A stretch of 61,939 nucleotides of DNA, counting the filler, from Jimgerdemannia flammicorona (Eukaryota), in the NCBI GenBank assembly GCA_003990765.1. It is 2 parts of 2 records of this genome, joined end to end, with 100 filler letters (N's around TTAATTAATTAA, not from the genome) between each part and the next. Parts side by side here need not be neighbours in the genome. Positions count along the whole stretch, not along the records: positions 1 to 30,938 come from RBNJ01000418.1; 1 more part is not named here. One strand, 5' to 3'. Below are positions 10,591-22,414 of this stretch, one piece after another. Made by a program: the position numbers and the translations under genes. Within the stretch, counting starts at the first letter, position 1. Each line of letters opens with the position of its first letter. The notes beneath the pieces were generated by a model, which was not told the DNA's origin, searched no databases, and saw nothing but the letters and a program-made list of their open reading frames with translations.

Positions 10591-13147
10591 ATGCTTGTCC
10601 GGATTCGCTCTAAAGAAGGCACAGTTCGCGTCGAGGTGAACCCCACCGACGATGTCGTCGTGCTAGGTCAAAAGGTGCGCATTCCATCACCCATGCGACG
10701 AATCTAGGTCACCATATCTCACTCCTCTCTCCTTCCCACTGTCCCCATAGATTGCAGCAATTCTCAATATTGCTGATCCCGTCTCCATCATGATTTCTGA
10801 CCAGCCGCAGGTCGCCGGAGCGAGACGAATTTTTGACTTTGGGGGCAAATCACTGGCGTCTATAGGTGTCCAGTAAATTTCGGGGCCCCTTTCACTGTTG
10901 CTCTTGTTCACCTGGATCAATTCTCCCTTATCGCCGGTCGGTATGGGGAACCTTTCGTCATCATTCACACCCTTCCCAAATTTCCGAATCTTTATGCTTC
11001 ATCTAGGCACGGTGATCTCCTTTTCGTCACGATCGATACCTCGTCCTCCGAGGAGTTAGAATCCACACCAACACTACCGGCGGTCGCGATTGAGGATCAC
11101 ACGTCGATAATCTCGCCACCCATGGCACCGGTCATGGTGGACGCGGTTGACGAATACTTGGAGAAGCAATCTGGATTGATTAAGCGAGGGAGGGACCCTA
11201 AGTTGTGAGTGCAGCACGAGCCGTTTATAAATGTGGGTGGGATCACTAAGATTAGGCGAAATTACATGATCTAATATTAAACCTTAACTCCAGCTGCAAG
11301 CACACAGTCAACGGCATGTGCGACTACTGTATGCCCATGGAACCCTACGACTCACGCTATCTCGAACAGAATAAGATCAAGCACATGTCCTTCCACGCGT
11401 ACCTCCGGCAGCTGAACGCGGCGCAGAAAGGCAAGGATGCTCAAGCTGCGGGGTCCGCGAAAGCGGTTGCACCCCTCGAGGAACCAAACTACAAGGTCAA
11501 GGTGCCTTGCAAAGGTCGACACGCGCCGTGGCCCGAGGGAATCTGTACAAATTGTCAACCGAGCGCGGTTACGTTGCAAAGTCAGGTGAGAGCAGACGTT
11601 TGGATGAACGGGCATGATAGAATTAAAAAAAAAAAAAATTGGTACTTTAATGGCTGATTTGTTAATAATTCCCGATTTTCTGGTTGACATGCCATCATAG
11701 CCTTTCCGCTTGGTCGATTACATCGAATTCTCTGCTGCCTCCCTCATCGACAACTTCATTCACTACTGGCGTTCTACAGGCTGCCAACGTTTCGGCTACC
11801 TATATGGCCGCTACGAACCCTATACTGAGGTCCCTTTAGGTATCAAAGCCGTTGTCGAAGCGATCTACGAGCCTCCACAACAGACCGCCTTGGACGGTGT
11901 CGCTCTAGCTCCGCAATATTTTGGTAGCGAGGAAGAAGCTCGAATCGATGCCGTGGCACTCGCATGTGGCCTCCGTCGTGTCGGATGCATTTTTACTGAC
12001 CTCATCGATGACGGTACTTTGCGCGGCACTGTCGTCACGAAACGCCACGTCGACTCATACTTCCTCTCTTCACTCGAGTGTTGTTTTGCGGCCGAGATGC
12101 AGCGACGTCATCCCAATACTACGTCTACGTCTTACTCCACGTCCGGCAAGTTCGGATCCAAGTTCGTGACTTGTGTCTTGTCCGGGAATGAGGAGGGACA
12201 TGTTGATGTAGCGGGATATCAGGTATCGAACACATGCGTCGCTATGGTTGATGCGGGCATAGTCGAACCGAGCGTGAAGCCAAGCGTGATGAGAGTCAAG
12301 GAGGCGGTTGCAGGGGTGCGATATGTACCGGAGGTATTTTACAAATACAAGAATAAGTACGGGGTGAATGTGCAAGAGAGCGCAAAACCGACGTTCCCTG
12401 TAGATTATCTCCTTGTCAATGTGAGTATGCCATCTCGCTAACCTCCGCCCTCCTTTATTAACTAAATTGACAACTAATATTTCTTCTGACGACTTCTCTG
12501 ATACCCTACTCGCTCCAACCAGGTATCTCATGGCTTCCCACAAACTGCCAAGCCCCTTTTCACCGCGTCCACGCCTTTCCCGATTGAAAATCGCATAGGC
12601 CTCGACACTCAGGACTTCGACGCGCTGCGGCGTTATCTGACTGTCCCAGATTTTGCCAACGCCGTGTCGGATTTCCATCTGTTATGTTTTGTGATGGGTA
12701 TGGGCGTACTGGGCAAACTCGAGTTCGAGACGCTAGTGAGGGTAGCAATGAGCAAGGATCCGACAGAGGTAGCAAAGCTGGTGGAGTTGGGAGGATGGAA
12801 GACGCTGCAGATGGTGATGCAGGAGAGCGGTGAGTTAGTTTATATTTGGCTATGACATTGTGAGAGCCACCTGATTGGAAACCAACAAGAGGCCTGTTGT
12901 GTCTTGGTGGAGTACTAACCGTTCAACCTGAACCTTCTGGTTAGTCAAAGCAGCACCTCAATCGCACCTCGGTCATACGTCCGCCGTGTCATCACCTCCC
13001 ATGTCGCGTACGGGATCCACAGCTTCCTCGGCCGCCGGAAGCGCAGGCCGCGCCGCTCCCGAACTCATCAGCTGCCGGCATTGCACACTCTTGAATCCGG
13101 GCACGAATGTTAATTGCGAGATATGCTCGTTGCCACTGAGAGATTAA
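10591..13147 (+). CDS. NPL4: Nuclear protein localization protein 4 (Cdc48-Ufd1-Npl4 cofactor), multi-exon, with C-terminal NZF finger
   Basis: MLVRIRSKEG (UBX-like N-terminus), zf-NPL4 CKH...GMCDYCMPMEPYD...HMSFHAYLR and HAPWPEGICTNCQPSAVTL, MPN-like QRFGYLYGRY...AVVEAIYEPPQ, SKFVTCV, FPVDYLLV, FPIENR, DFHLL. C-terminus SCRHCTLLNPGTNVNCEICSLP, stop at 13145-13147. Confidence 0.96.
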
Positions 13148-13649
13148 GAGGGATACGAGTGGGGTAGAGGTACACCAGGTTTGATTGGGGAGAGTCGGGG
13201 AACGCATTGCTTGTATGCACATCAACTGCCTGCAAATATATAGATAAACTATGATTGTGAAAAATTGAACACCATTACGTGAGGTTGTTTCAACCAAGGG
13301 GCAATCGTATCATGGGGTTAGTTCGGAGGGAGCTGATGCAGCTGTCATCGTTGAACATTTCGGAATAAACTGCACTTTTTGTATCATAAATATATCTCAA
13401 CATATGACTGTATATCTAGTGGTATTATATTTTTTAAGAAGATATTGTTTAGCTTAAAAGTGAGGAATTCATCTTGAATTACCAGTTAATAGACACCAAA
13501 GTTATAATATAGCACACTCTTAATCTGAGAAGTATAGCAGATTTTTTTATTTTATTCTTTTGGTCTTCTTGACTTCTCAGAATTCATATATAGCAGAGTG
13601 TAGAGGTGGGTGAGTTCAAATTGTATCTGCTTATAGACTTACTAGTTTT

Positions 13650-14072
13650 TAGTACTCTTAAATAAATCAAATCAATTCAAATCAAATTGAATTGAGAGTT
13701 ATTCAAATTGAGTCAAATTGGGGGTTTTTCAATTTGAATAAAGTTTGAATCAAATTGAATTCAAATCAAATTGAGAGTTCAATTCAAATCCTATTTTTCA
13801 AAATATAATAACTTGACAAAATATGTCCAAATTTAATGATATTTAGCTTATTAGATTTCTCTTATATAGAGAAATCTAAAAAGCTAAAGACTATTAAATT
13901 TGGACATATTTTCATCAAGTTATTATATTTCAAAAAATAGAGTTTAAATTGAATCTTGAATCAAATTGAACCTTTGATTTAATTTAAATCAAATTGAATT
14001 AGACCTTTAATTTGATTAAATTAAATTAAATTTGAATCAAATTTGATTTGATTTGATTTATTGGGAGTACTA
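13650..14072. mobile_element. Foldback/MITE (whole-element palindrome), MULE-related
   Basis: Termini TAGTACTCT.../...GGGAGTACTA; near-perfect inverted symmetry centred near 13865 (TTCTCTTATATAGAGAA). The flanks CTAGTTTT and TTAGTTTC differ only by C/T transitions, consistent with a decayed 8-bp TSD. Confidence 0.8.
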
Positions 14073-14249
14073 TTAGTTTCATTACTTTAAATTGTTTTAA
14101 TCTAAGATTTATTCAATCTAGATACTAGATTATTTATATAAGTTTATTAGCTATATAGTGGCTAAGTTATGACTTTTTTTCTTATAATGAGTTATTTTTA
14201 CAATATATAGATTCTTATAATTACTAGTTTTTTATATATTATATAGAAT

Positions 14250-15241
14250 TAATACTCCCAAATAAATTGAATTGAGTTCAAATTGAATTGGGGGTCCAAT
14301 TCAAAATATTTGAATCAAATTGAGATCTTATTCAATTCAAAATTAGAAGTCAAAATTTAAAATATAATAACTTGATAAAAATATGTTTAAATTTGATATA
14401 TTTTAGCTTGTTGGATTCACCTTGATGAGGCAAATCCAGTATAATAAAGATCATTAGATTTGAACATGTTTTCATCATGTTATTGTATTTTAAATATTTA
14501 GGTTCAAAATTGAGATCTGATTTAATTTGAAATTGAAAATCAAAATTTAGAATATAATAACTTGATGAAAACATGTCCACATTTGATGTATTTTAGCTTA
14601 TTAGATTCACTTTAATAAGACAAATCCAGTGCAATAAATATCATTAAATTTGGACACATTTTCATCAGGTTATTAAATTTTAAAAATTTAGGTTTATGAA
14701 TTGAGGTCTGATTTGAAGTCAAACTTTGAAATATAATAACTTGATAAAAACATATCAAAATTTGATGTATTTTAGCTTTTTGGATTCACCTTAATAAGGC
14801 ATATCCAGTAAAACAAAGATCATTAAATTTGGACATATTTTTGTCATGATATTGAATTTCAAATATTTAGGTTCATGAATTGAGATCTGATTCAAAGTCA
14901 AACTTTGAAATACATACAATAATATGATGAAAACATATCCAAATTTGATGTATTTTAGCTTGTTATATTCACCTTGATAAAATGAATCCAGTTCAATAAA
15001 GATCATTAAATTTGGACATGTTTTTGTCATATTATTTAATTTCAAATATTTAGGTTTGTAAATTGAGATCTGATTTAAAGTCAAACTTTGAAATATAACA
15101 ACTTGACAAAACCATATCTAAATTGGATATATTTTCATTAAGTTATTGAATTTTAAAAAATTTAGGTTCAAATTGAAATTTAAATTGAATTGGACCTCAA
15201 TTCAAATTGATTCAAATCAAGTTGGGCCTTAATTTAAATTG
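14250..15241. repeat. Foldback-type element with ~4.5 tandem ~180-190-bp self-complementary units
   Basis: Starts TAATACTCCCAAATAAATTGAATT. The unit AAGTCAAACTTTGAAATATAATAACTTG recurs near 14347, 14537, 14716, 14895 and 15078, and each unit is an imperfect hairpin homologous to the core of the 13650 element. Confidence 0.8.
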
Positions 15242-15242
15242 A

Positions 15243-17420
15243 TATAGATAGAAAGTTAGTCACTAAAGTAATTATTATAAGACTGCAGAAGGTGGCCTAA
15301 CAGATATTAGGTACTGAGCAATAGAATTTTATTAGAGGTAGGCTAATTAGAGATAGGATAGTATAGATACACTATATTATTAAGAAGGTGAGAACTAGTA
15401 GACTAAATAGAAAGTTGGTTTTTTTGAATCAGAAGAAGGCTTATGATCATATTTGGCAAGTTTAGCTAGAGAAGGTATTAGAGAGAATTAGTATTTCTCA
15501 CTAGTTCTAAATATCAATAATTTATCTATTGAAGGGCAGCAGAGCAGTAATTCTGTATAATAACTATTATGAGGAGTTTCCCAGAGAGACTCACTGTTTT
15601 CTATTTTATATACTTTATTACTAGAGCTATTGATAAATAGAATTTACTATAAGATATTAAGACTTCTAATACTAGAGATGGTCTGAAAGATTGGGGTCTT
15701 CACAGATGATATAGTGGTCAGACTTGACTCTATTGCTAATATAGGTATACTAAAAGAGACTGTGAAGTAATATAAGAAGTACTCTGGGGTAAAACTCAAC
15801 TAGTATAAATATAAGATAATTGTACTAAGGAGGTAGTAATATTATTAAAACTATTATCTCTATAGGGAAAGTTATATATTATCTAAGTATTTTTCTATTA
15901 GTATATAGTTCAGTTCTACTCAAAGTATAGTAGAAAAAAAAGGTGGTAAAATGGTGGAATATCTTTTGGAGTTAAGAGAGATACTATATTTTTCTTATTA
16001 GGTAGATGGTAATTCTTAATATCTACTATTGCTAAAATTATATTTAGTATTTCTAATGAGTCAATTTAATCTAGATTGGATTTGGATTGATTCATATTAA
16101 ATCTTATCTGGATGGATTCAAATCAACTATTGTTTTAATTTCTAAATTAGACCATTAAATATTTATATCAATAACCTGATGAATAATTATCCAAATTTGA
16201 TGATCTTGGTATCATTTAAAAGTCCTTAATAAGACCTATCTAATGATATCAAGAATATTGAAATTGAATTATACATTGCTGAGTTATGAAGGAAAATGTC
16301 TGAATTGCCAATTTTGGAAATTATTCAATTTGCTAATTTTTGAAATTTTGTCAAATAGAATGTTTTCTATAATATCTCAGCAATGTATAATCCAATTTTA
16401 ATGTTCTTGGTATCATTAGAAAGGCCTTATTAAGGGCTTTCAAATTATACTAAGATTATCAAATTTGAATAATTATTCATCAAGTTATTGATGTAAAAAT
16501 TTAATTGTCTAATTTGAAAATCAAAATAATAGTTGATTTGAATTCCATCTGGATTAACTCATTCAGAGTACTAATTATATTATCTGGTATATCACTTGGA
16601 CTTTCTAGTCTAAGTGATAAAGAGATTGTTGAAGATAGCTAAGAACTGAATTTGGGCTGAGAGGAGGAGTTAGATAGGTTGGAAAATCTTAACAACTCTG
16701 GTAGATAGAAGAGATATAGATCTGGTAAACTTCTCAAAGCAGTTATACTGCCTTTAGGCTTAGTGGTTGAAGAGAGCTATTAAGCTGAGAGATAGAGAGT
16801 GAGTGTCTTTAATATAGAAAGTCTGAGAGGTGAGGTTCTTCTCTTAAGAATTCTCTGATAACTTACTATCTATAGTTGGCCTAAGAAGTAGTAAGTACTT
16901 ATAGTAAAAGAGATTCTAGTAGAGAGTGGTAGAAGGTGCTTACTATATTGATCTCTATTAGTAAGATATAAAAGAGAGGCCCAATAGGGGTTTAAAATAT
17001 AGAGATAGAACAGACTTCTATTAGATAGTTCTCTACTAGTAGATTTTGACATTAGTATAAAGATAGAGTATCAGTAGAGAGTAGGTCAGGATCTGTGGCC
17101 TTTGAGCTGACAGATAACTAGTATTGATAAGGCTTGGGACTGAGCTGGACTATAGTCTTAGAGTACTGAGATACAGTAGTAACTTTTTCTAAAATTCTAA
17201 GTAGTATAGTGATATATTTTAAGAAAGAATATTATATTGAACTTTCAGTCAGATCACTTAATAAATGATAGAGTTTTGAGTATAAAAAATATTTTAATAT
17301 AGAGCAAGAGAGAAAAATAGTATAGATATTCAAACATTAGTTAGATAAGTGTGAGGTTTTTGGTAACTTCTGAAAGAGAGTTGGGGACTAAAGATGTAGT
17401 AGTATAATGATAGAGATATC
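15243..17420 (+). mobile_element. Heavily decayed LINE ORF2 fragment (same L1/Tx1-like family as 42938 and 50590 copies)
   Basis: Residual DRKLVTKV..RLQKVA, LVFLNQKKAYD, DSLFSILYTLLLE, IGVFTDDIVV; colinear with 54290-55960; interrupted by a MITE. Confidence 0.8.
16045..16573. mobile_element. MITE made of two long TIRs of the MULE-like element at 21132
   Basis: Termini TAGTATTTCTAATGAG / CTCATTCAGAGTACTA; perfect 8-bp TSD ATTATATT (16037-16044 and 16574-16581). The left arm aligns with 21132-21440 and the right arm is its reverse complement. Confidence 0.88.
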
Positions 17421-17924
17421 TCTCTCTCTCTTATCCTTTGGATACTTAAAGAAATAAGGTATTACTTAGGAACTTAGTATATAATATATATTAAGAAGCC
17501 TTCAGTTTGAGGAAGTACTCACTTAAAAGTAGTTATAGCAGCAGTACCCTTCTTATCAACCTTGGTTATAAGAAACTTATTCTTTACTATATATAGACTG
17601 AATTCATCTTAAAATTCAGATTTAATAGATTTACTTAAGTTTTTATAATTTATATACTGATCTCGGTTCTGGTAGCAGTTAGCTAGACTTTTAGAGTTTA
17701 GTCAGAAACACTAGAGTTATTTAGATATTATTACTAAGACTCAGGAGAATGTGGGTATAGAGGGGAAACTTGATTTTTGTATCAAGAACTGAACTAAAAC
17801 TGCTTTATTTCAGATAAAAACTAAGGAATATTTATATAAGTTAGTCTATAATTTCTGACTAAGTATAAGTAACTAATTTAATAACTATAGTGAGATTTGG
17901 AATTATGACCTTTGTTAGATAGTT

Positions 17925-20900
17925 TGTGACAAAAAGTACTTTGTGATCAGGATCTCAATTATTAAGCAATAATAATTGCTATAGTAATAGTTACTATAAC
18001 ACCAATTACTAGAGATAAGCTAGATATCATTTTTTGCATCATTTATATTGTTTATTATATTTATTATTTATATGTTATGCTTGATCATAACATCATTACT
18101 GGGTTATGTAATTGCTCATCATATGTCACATCTTGTTTGTTCATTCTATTATATCTTTTTCCTCTTAAAAATCAATATCCTCATTAATTCAGAAGTTGAG
18201 AACCAAGGGAGAGAAAGGTGGGAAATTCTTCTCAATATTGTTGTCTTCTTCTTCTGTAACTAGAGGGGTGGTTGCTGATAGCTCAATGTCTAGAATGGAG
18301 AAGTCAATGAGATCTATAAATGATTCTTGAATTGGTATAGGTATTGAGATAGAGGTTCTCCATCTAATACAGTTGGGATTATCCAAGTAGAGTTCTTGAT
18401 TCTCATATCTAGAGATATCTATTTAGATGGACAGTCCTTCAAAAAGATCAGAGAGACCTTAGAGCCATTGGTTTAGGTTATCATTCAAAAGAGAGCTCTA
18501 GTGGAGTTTGATATCAGTGAACTTGAGGGTAATCCAGAAGTTGGCCTCTTAAATTACTTTGATCTTCAGCTCATCAACCTCAGAGAAGCAGAGATTCTGG
18601 AAGTTCTTCAGTTGTATATAGTTAAGATTGAGAATTGTAAAGAATATATAGTACATAATTTGGTAGACTTTCTTGACTAGTCTTTGCTTATACCTATCTA
18701 GGTTGGTCCAGTCTGAGATCTGGTCAGTGGGTAGGCCATTTACATATTAAAGGAGTTGATGACTAATTTCATATTCATGTCAGATTTCTAGGTGGCTAAT
18801 AGTAAGGTAGGCCCTTTTTATGAGTTTACAGTAGTTAAGAACATACTATCCTAGGTTCTAGCTAGAGAGGTTAAGGGCCTCAGAGTGACAGTTCCTTCCT
18901 TGGATGACAATCTAGATATGTCCAAAGAGATAGTCAATCTAGCTTGAGAGAGACTGGCTATAGTGGGTAGTTTGGTGGTAGGTAGCAGACATTCTTGTCT
19001 TATCTTTTCTTTATAGAGAGGAGAGAGAGATGAGAGTTGTAGTATATTCTTATCTTGAGTATTTATACTTATTCATCTGTCTGGTATAACCTAGTAACTT
19101 CAATTTAATTATACTTTCTAGTAGAATGTGTGATCAGTTGTTGTGAGTAGAGCATATACTGGTTATATGAGAAAATTCTGATTTCAAAGCTATTATCTCT
19201 TGTAGTTGTGGTTATATAGAGTTGGCAGATTTTGTTCCTCTTTTTTTTTTATCTTATTGGCACATTTGTGAGGACTGGTCATCCTTGTCTAGGGCAAGGG
19301 CTCTCATTATTATGGCTGGGAATTTGAATCTCTTAGAAATAATATTTCTTGTAATCTGAGGTAATTTCTAGTAATAATATTTATTATGTAGATAATTTTG
19401 ATATTGTTGGCTTTCTTAAACTCTATATGAAGCATTCATCATCATTCAGTAGAGATGATACAAATGATATGAAATGAAATTATTCAAATACATTTTGCTA
19501 TACCTTACAGAGTTATTCTTTATCAGAGTATCTTTTTATTGATTAATTATAGTGTTTCTTTTTCTATAAGTTTGGTATTATATTCTAGATAAATATATAT
19601 ATAATGTCTTCTTTCTTTACTATATACTCTAAGTTTTTAAAGCTACAGTTTCTTTCTCTGTTATGGAGTAAGTATTTCTATATAGTTCTAGAGAGCTTTA
19701 TGTGTATTCTCCAGAGCTTCTTCTTTTTTTCAGATAGTATTATAAGTGGGATAACTCTTCTATGATAAGGAAAAACTACTTAACTGTTTTGGTATATTTG
19801 CAGACCTTATGGTCAAATACTTCCTCAATTTCAAATTTCTTATGATCATTGATCCTAATTGGGAGTGGTGGTAGAACTATATACCTAGGGAATGAGTTTT
19901 TATAGTAGTCTATCAATTGGCTGATATGGAATACTAAATGAACTTGGATATTATAAGGAAGTTACAACTTATAGTTGACTTTACTGACTTTTTCCACAAT
20001 TTTGTATAGTTCAATTCTTCTAGTATAGAGTTTCTTAGCTAGTTATTATGCTAGAGTATCTGGGTAGAGGTGGTCTGTTTTAAGTATAACTATGTCACCA
20101 ATATTGTAGAAGACTTCTCTTTACTTCAAGTTTGCATACTTGGTCTGATAGTCTTATGCTTCTATGAGAGCATCTCTTGTTATTTAGGTAAGATCAGAAA
20201 TAGTCTTGGTCAGATCTCAGGCTACTGAGACTGCTAATTTTGCAGTAGTGCTTAGAGTTCTTGGGTTTTGACCATGGTTCAGGAAGAATGAAGTCTTCTT
20301 TGTAGAGGTTTGCTGGCTATTATTATAAGTAAACTCAATATGGGCTAGGTACTTATCTCAATCATTCTGCTTATAATAGCAGAAGATACTAAGTATCTAC
20401 TTGAGGATCCTATTAATTCACTTGGTCTGACCATCAGTCTGGGAGTGATAGGCAGTAGAGAACTTCAGCTTGATTCCATAGAGAATAAAGAATACCTTCC
20501 AGAAGTTACTTGTAAACTTTATATCTTAGTCAGTTATAATAGTACTAGGCATACTATATAGTCTAAATACTTAGTTGAGAAAGATCTTGGCAATCTCTGG
20601 TACTATGACAGTGGTCTTGGTGGGTACAAAATAGGCTTGTTTGCTTAGGTGGTTTACAAATACTACAATGGTATCTCATCCTGCCTTAGTCTTGGGGAGC
20701 TGGATAATAAAGTCTATCACAATCTAATCTTAGTTATAACTTGGGATAGACAGGGGTTGCGGAAGTCCTATAGGTAGCTTGTTACTACTTTTGAACCTTT
20801 GGTATATCTTATATGAGGTCACAAAATCTTTGATATTCTTGGTTATCTTTAGCCAGTAGAACTCTCTTAAGAGGAGATTGTAGGTCTTTTCAAAACTAAA

Positions 20901-21131
20901 GTATCCTACTATAGAAGTATCATAGAGTTCCTGCATGATTTGAGCTATAAAATATCATTATTAAATATAACCACTCTGTCATAGTCCTTGTAAATAAGTC
21001 CATTATAGTAAGTGAATCTTTTAGACATTTGACTCATGGGTTCTGGGACCTCAGCCTCTGGGTCTTGGCAGAATTGAAGAAATTTCACCAGGAGGCTATT
21101 CTGTTGGTAACCATCCTTGATCATCTGGGTA
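17925..21131 (-). mobile_element. Ty3/Gypsy chromovirus-type fragment (family D): integrase, chromodomain and long 3' region/LTR
   Basis: Minus-strand remnants LYDTSIVGYFSFEKTYNLLLREFYW (IN zinc region), [40 protein letters not shown] (chromo). Putative LTR end ...TGTCACA at 17925. The 5' part is cut off by the MULE. Confidence 0.8.
18189..18992 (-). pseudogene. Accessory ORF (~267 codons) of unknown function in the 3'/LTR region of Gypsy family D
   Basis: ATG at 18992, about 70 nt downstream of GTATAAATAC. One reading frame runs to 18189 with only TAG/TAA/TGA stops explainable as CAG/CAA/CGA transitions; acidic C-terminal tail (TEEEDNNIE). Confidence 0.65.
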
Positions 21132-22414
21132 TAGTGCTCCTAATAAGTTAATTTAATCCAGATTGGATTCAGATTGATTCAGATTGATGGAATTCGAATC
21201 CTATCCAGATGGATTCAAATCAACCATTGTTTTGATTTCCAAATTAGATAATTAAATGTTTACATTAATAACTTGATAAATAATTATCCAAATTTAATGA
21301 TCTTGGTGTTATTTAAAAGCCCTCCATATGATCTATCTAATGATACTAAGAATATTGAAATCAGATTATGCATTACTGAGTTATGAAGAATAACATCTGA
21401 ATTACTGATTTTGAAAATTATTCAATTTGCCAATTTTGGAGATATCTTATAGCACCATCATTTTTTTCCCTTAACCCAATTTTTTTCATGACTGGATTTT
21501 TTTGATAGGATGATTTATGATTAATATTATCTAATGTAGATCATAGCTATTTTTGATAAAATATATATATATATATATATATCTTTTTTTTTTTTATCTT
21601 ACTCATCAAACTTGAATAAAATGGAGCAAATTTCTGACTCCAACATTTCCATTACCTCTGTCATTATTTTCTCTGCCATTTCACTCATCACCACTATCTC
21701 TGCTACTACTATTCCTGTTACTGCTATTCCTACTATCATTCATCAAAAAAGATATATTATTATTGATGAAGATAGTGATGATAATTATAATAAAGATAAT
21801 GACTTCTCTGTTACTACCATACTTATATCTACTGATCTTGCTGGTCCTGCTATTGTTATAGAACCCACTGACTCCATCAACCTCATCAACCTTGCTGACC
21901 TTAATAATCTTACTGATCTTACTGACCTCACTAATCTTACTGATCTTACTAATCTCACTAATCTCACTGATGCTACCACCTCTGTAAGTCTCAGTTATAG
22001 TGATGATCAGCTCAAGTTCTTTTAAGTAGAAAGGTCATTCACTATATCTATAGAGGAATTCGAAATAATATAGCTAGAAATTAACAATATTTGGATATAG
22101 TTTGGATAAACAAAGAAGTTTGTAAAAGATAAATAGATCAAGAACTATGATTGCTGGTTCAAGAAGCATAATTTCTCATCAACTAAAGACTGAAACACAC
22201 CAGTAGAAAAGAGAAGAAAGACTAGTATGCAGCTTTCAGATCTTTGTAAAGCCAGAATTATTATAATCTATAAGGATGACAAAGTAACTATTCACAAAAC
22301 TAAGAATAGCCCAGACTATTCTCATAATCTCAATACTAGTGATATTTGAAAGATGCCAAGCATAGTCAGAAATTTTGTCAAAATAGAGGTTAAAAAGAGA
22401 TACTGTATATCAGT
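21132..22414 (+). mobile_element. MULE/Mutator-like DNA transposon, left TIR plus 5' part of transposase (pseudogene)
   Basis: TIR TAGTGCTCCTAATAAG... (~300 bp, shared with the MITE at 16045). ORF remnant YDCWFKKH...KRRKT...LCKARIII...PDYSH resembles the FAR1/WRKY-GCM-type DNA-binding region of MULE transposases. Interrupted by Gypsy A. Confidence 0.65.
21864..21972 (+). repeat. 9-bp coding minisatellite (TDL/TNL)n inside MULE ORF
   Basis: About 11 degenerate ACTGATCTT-type units. Confidence 0.8.

Noticed and set aside
14347..15180. Regularly spaced repeats suggestive of a CRISPR array; ORFs 14350..14580 and 14791..15084
   Set aside because: The whole ~185-bp unit repeats with no unique spacers, the context is eukaryotic with no cas genes, and the ORFs are chance frames in AT-rich palindromes.
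17420..17924. Unassigned decayed sequence containing TGGTAGCAG (PBS-like) near 17670
   Set aside because: No adjacent LTR end or coding remnant could be established.
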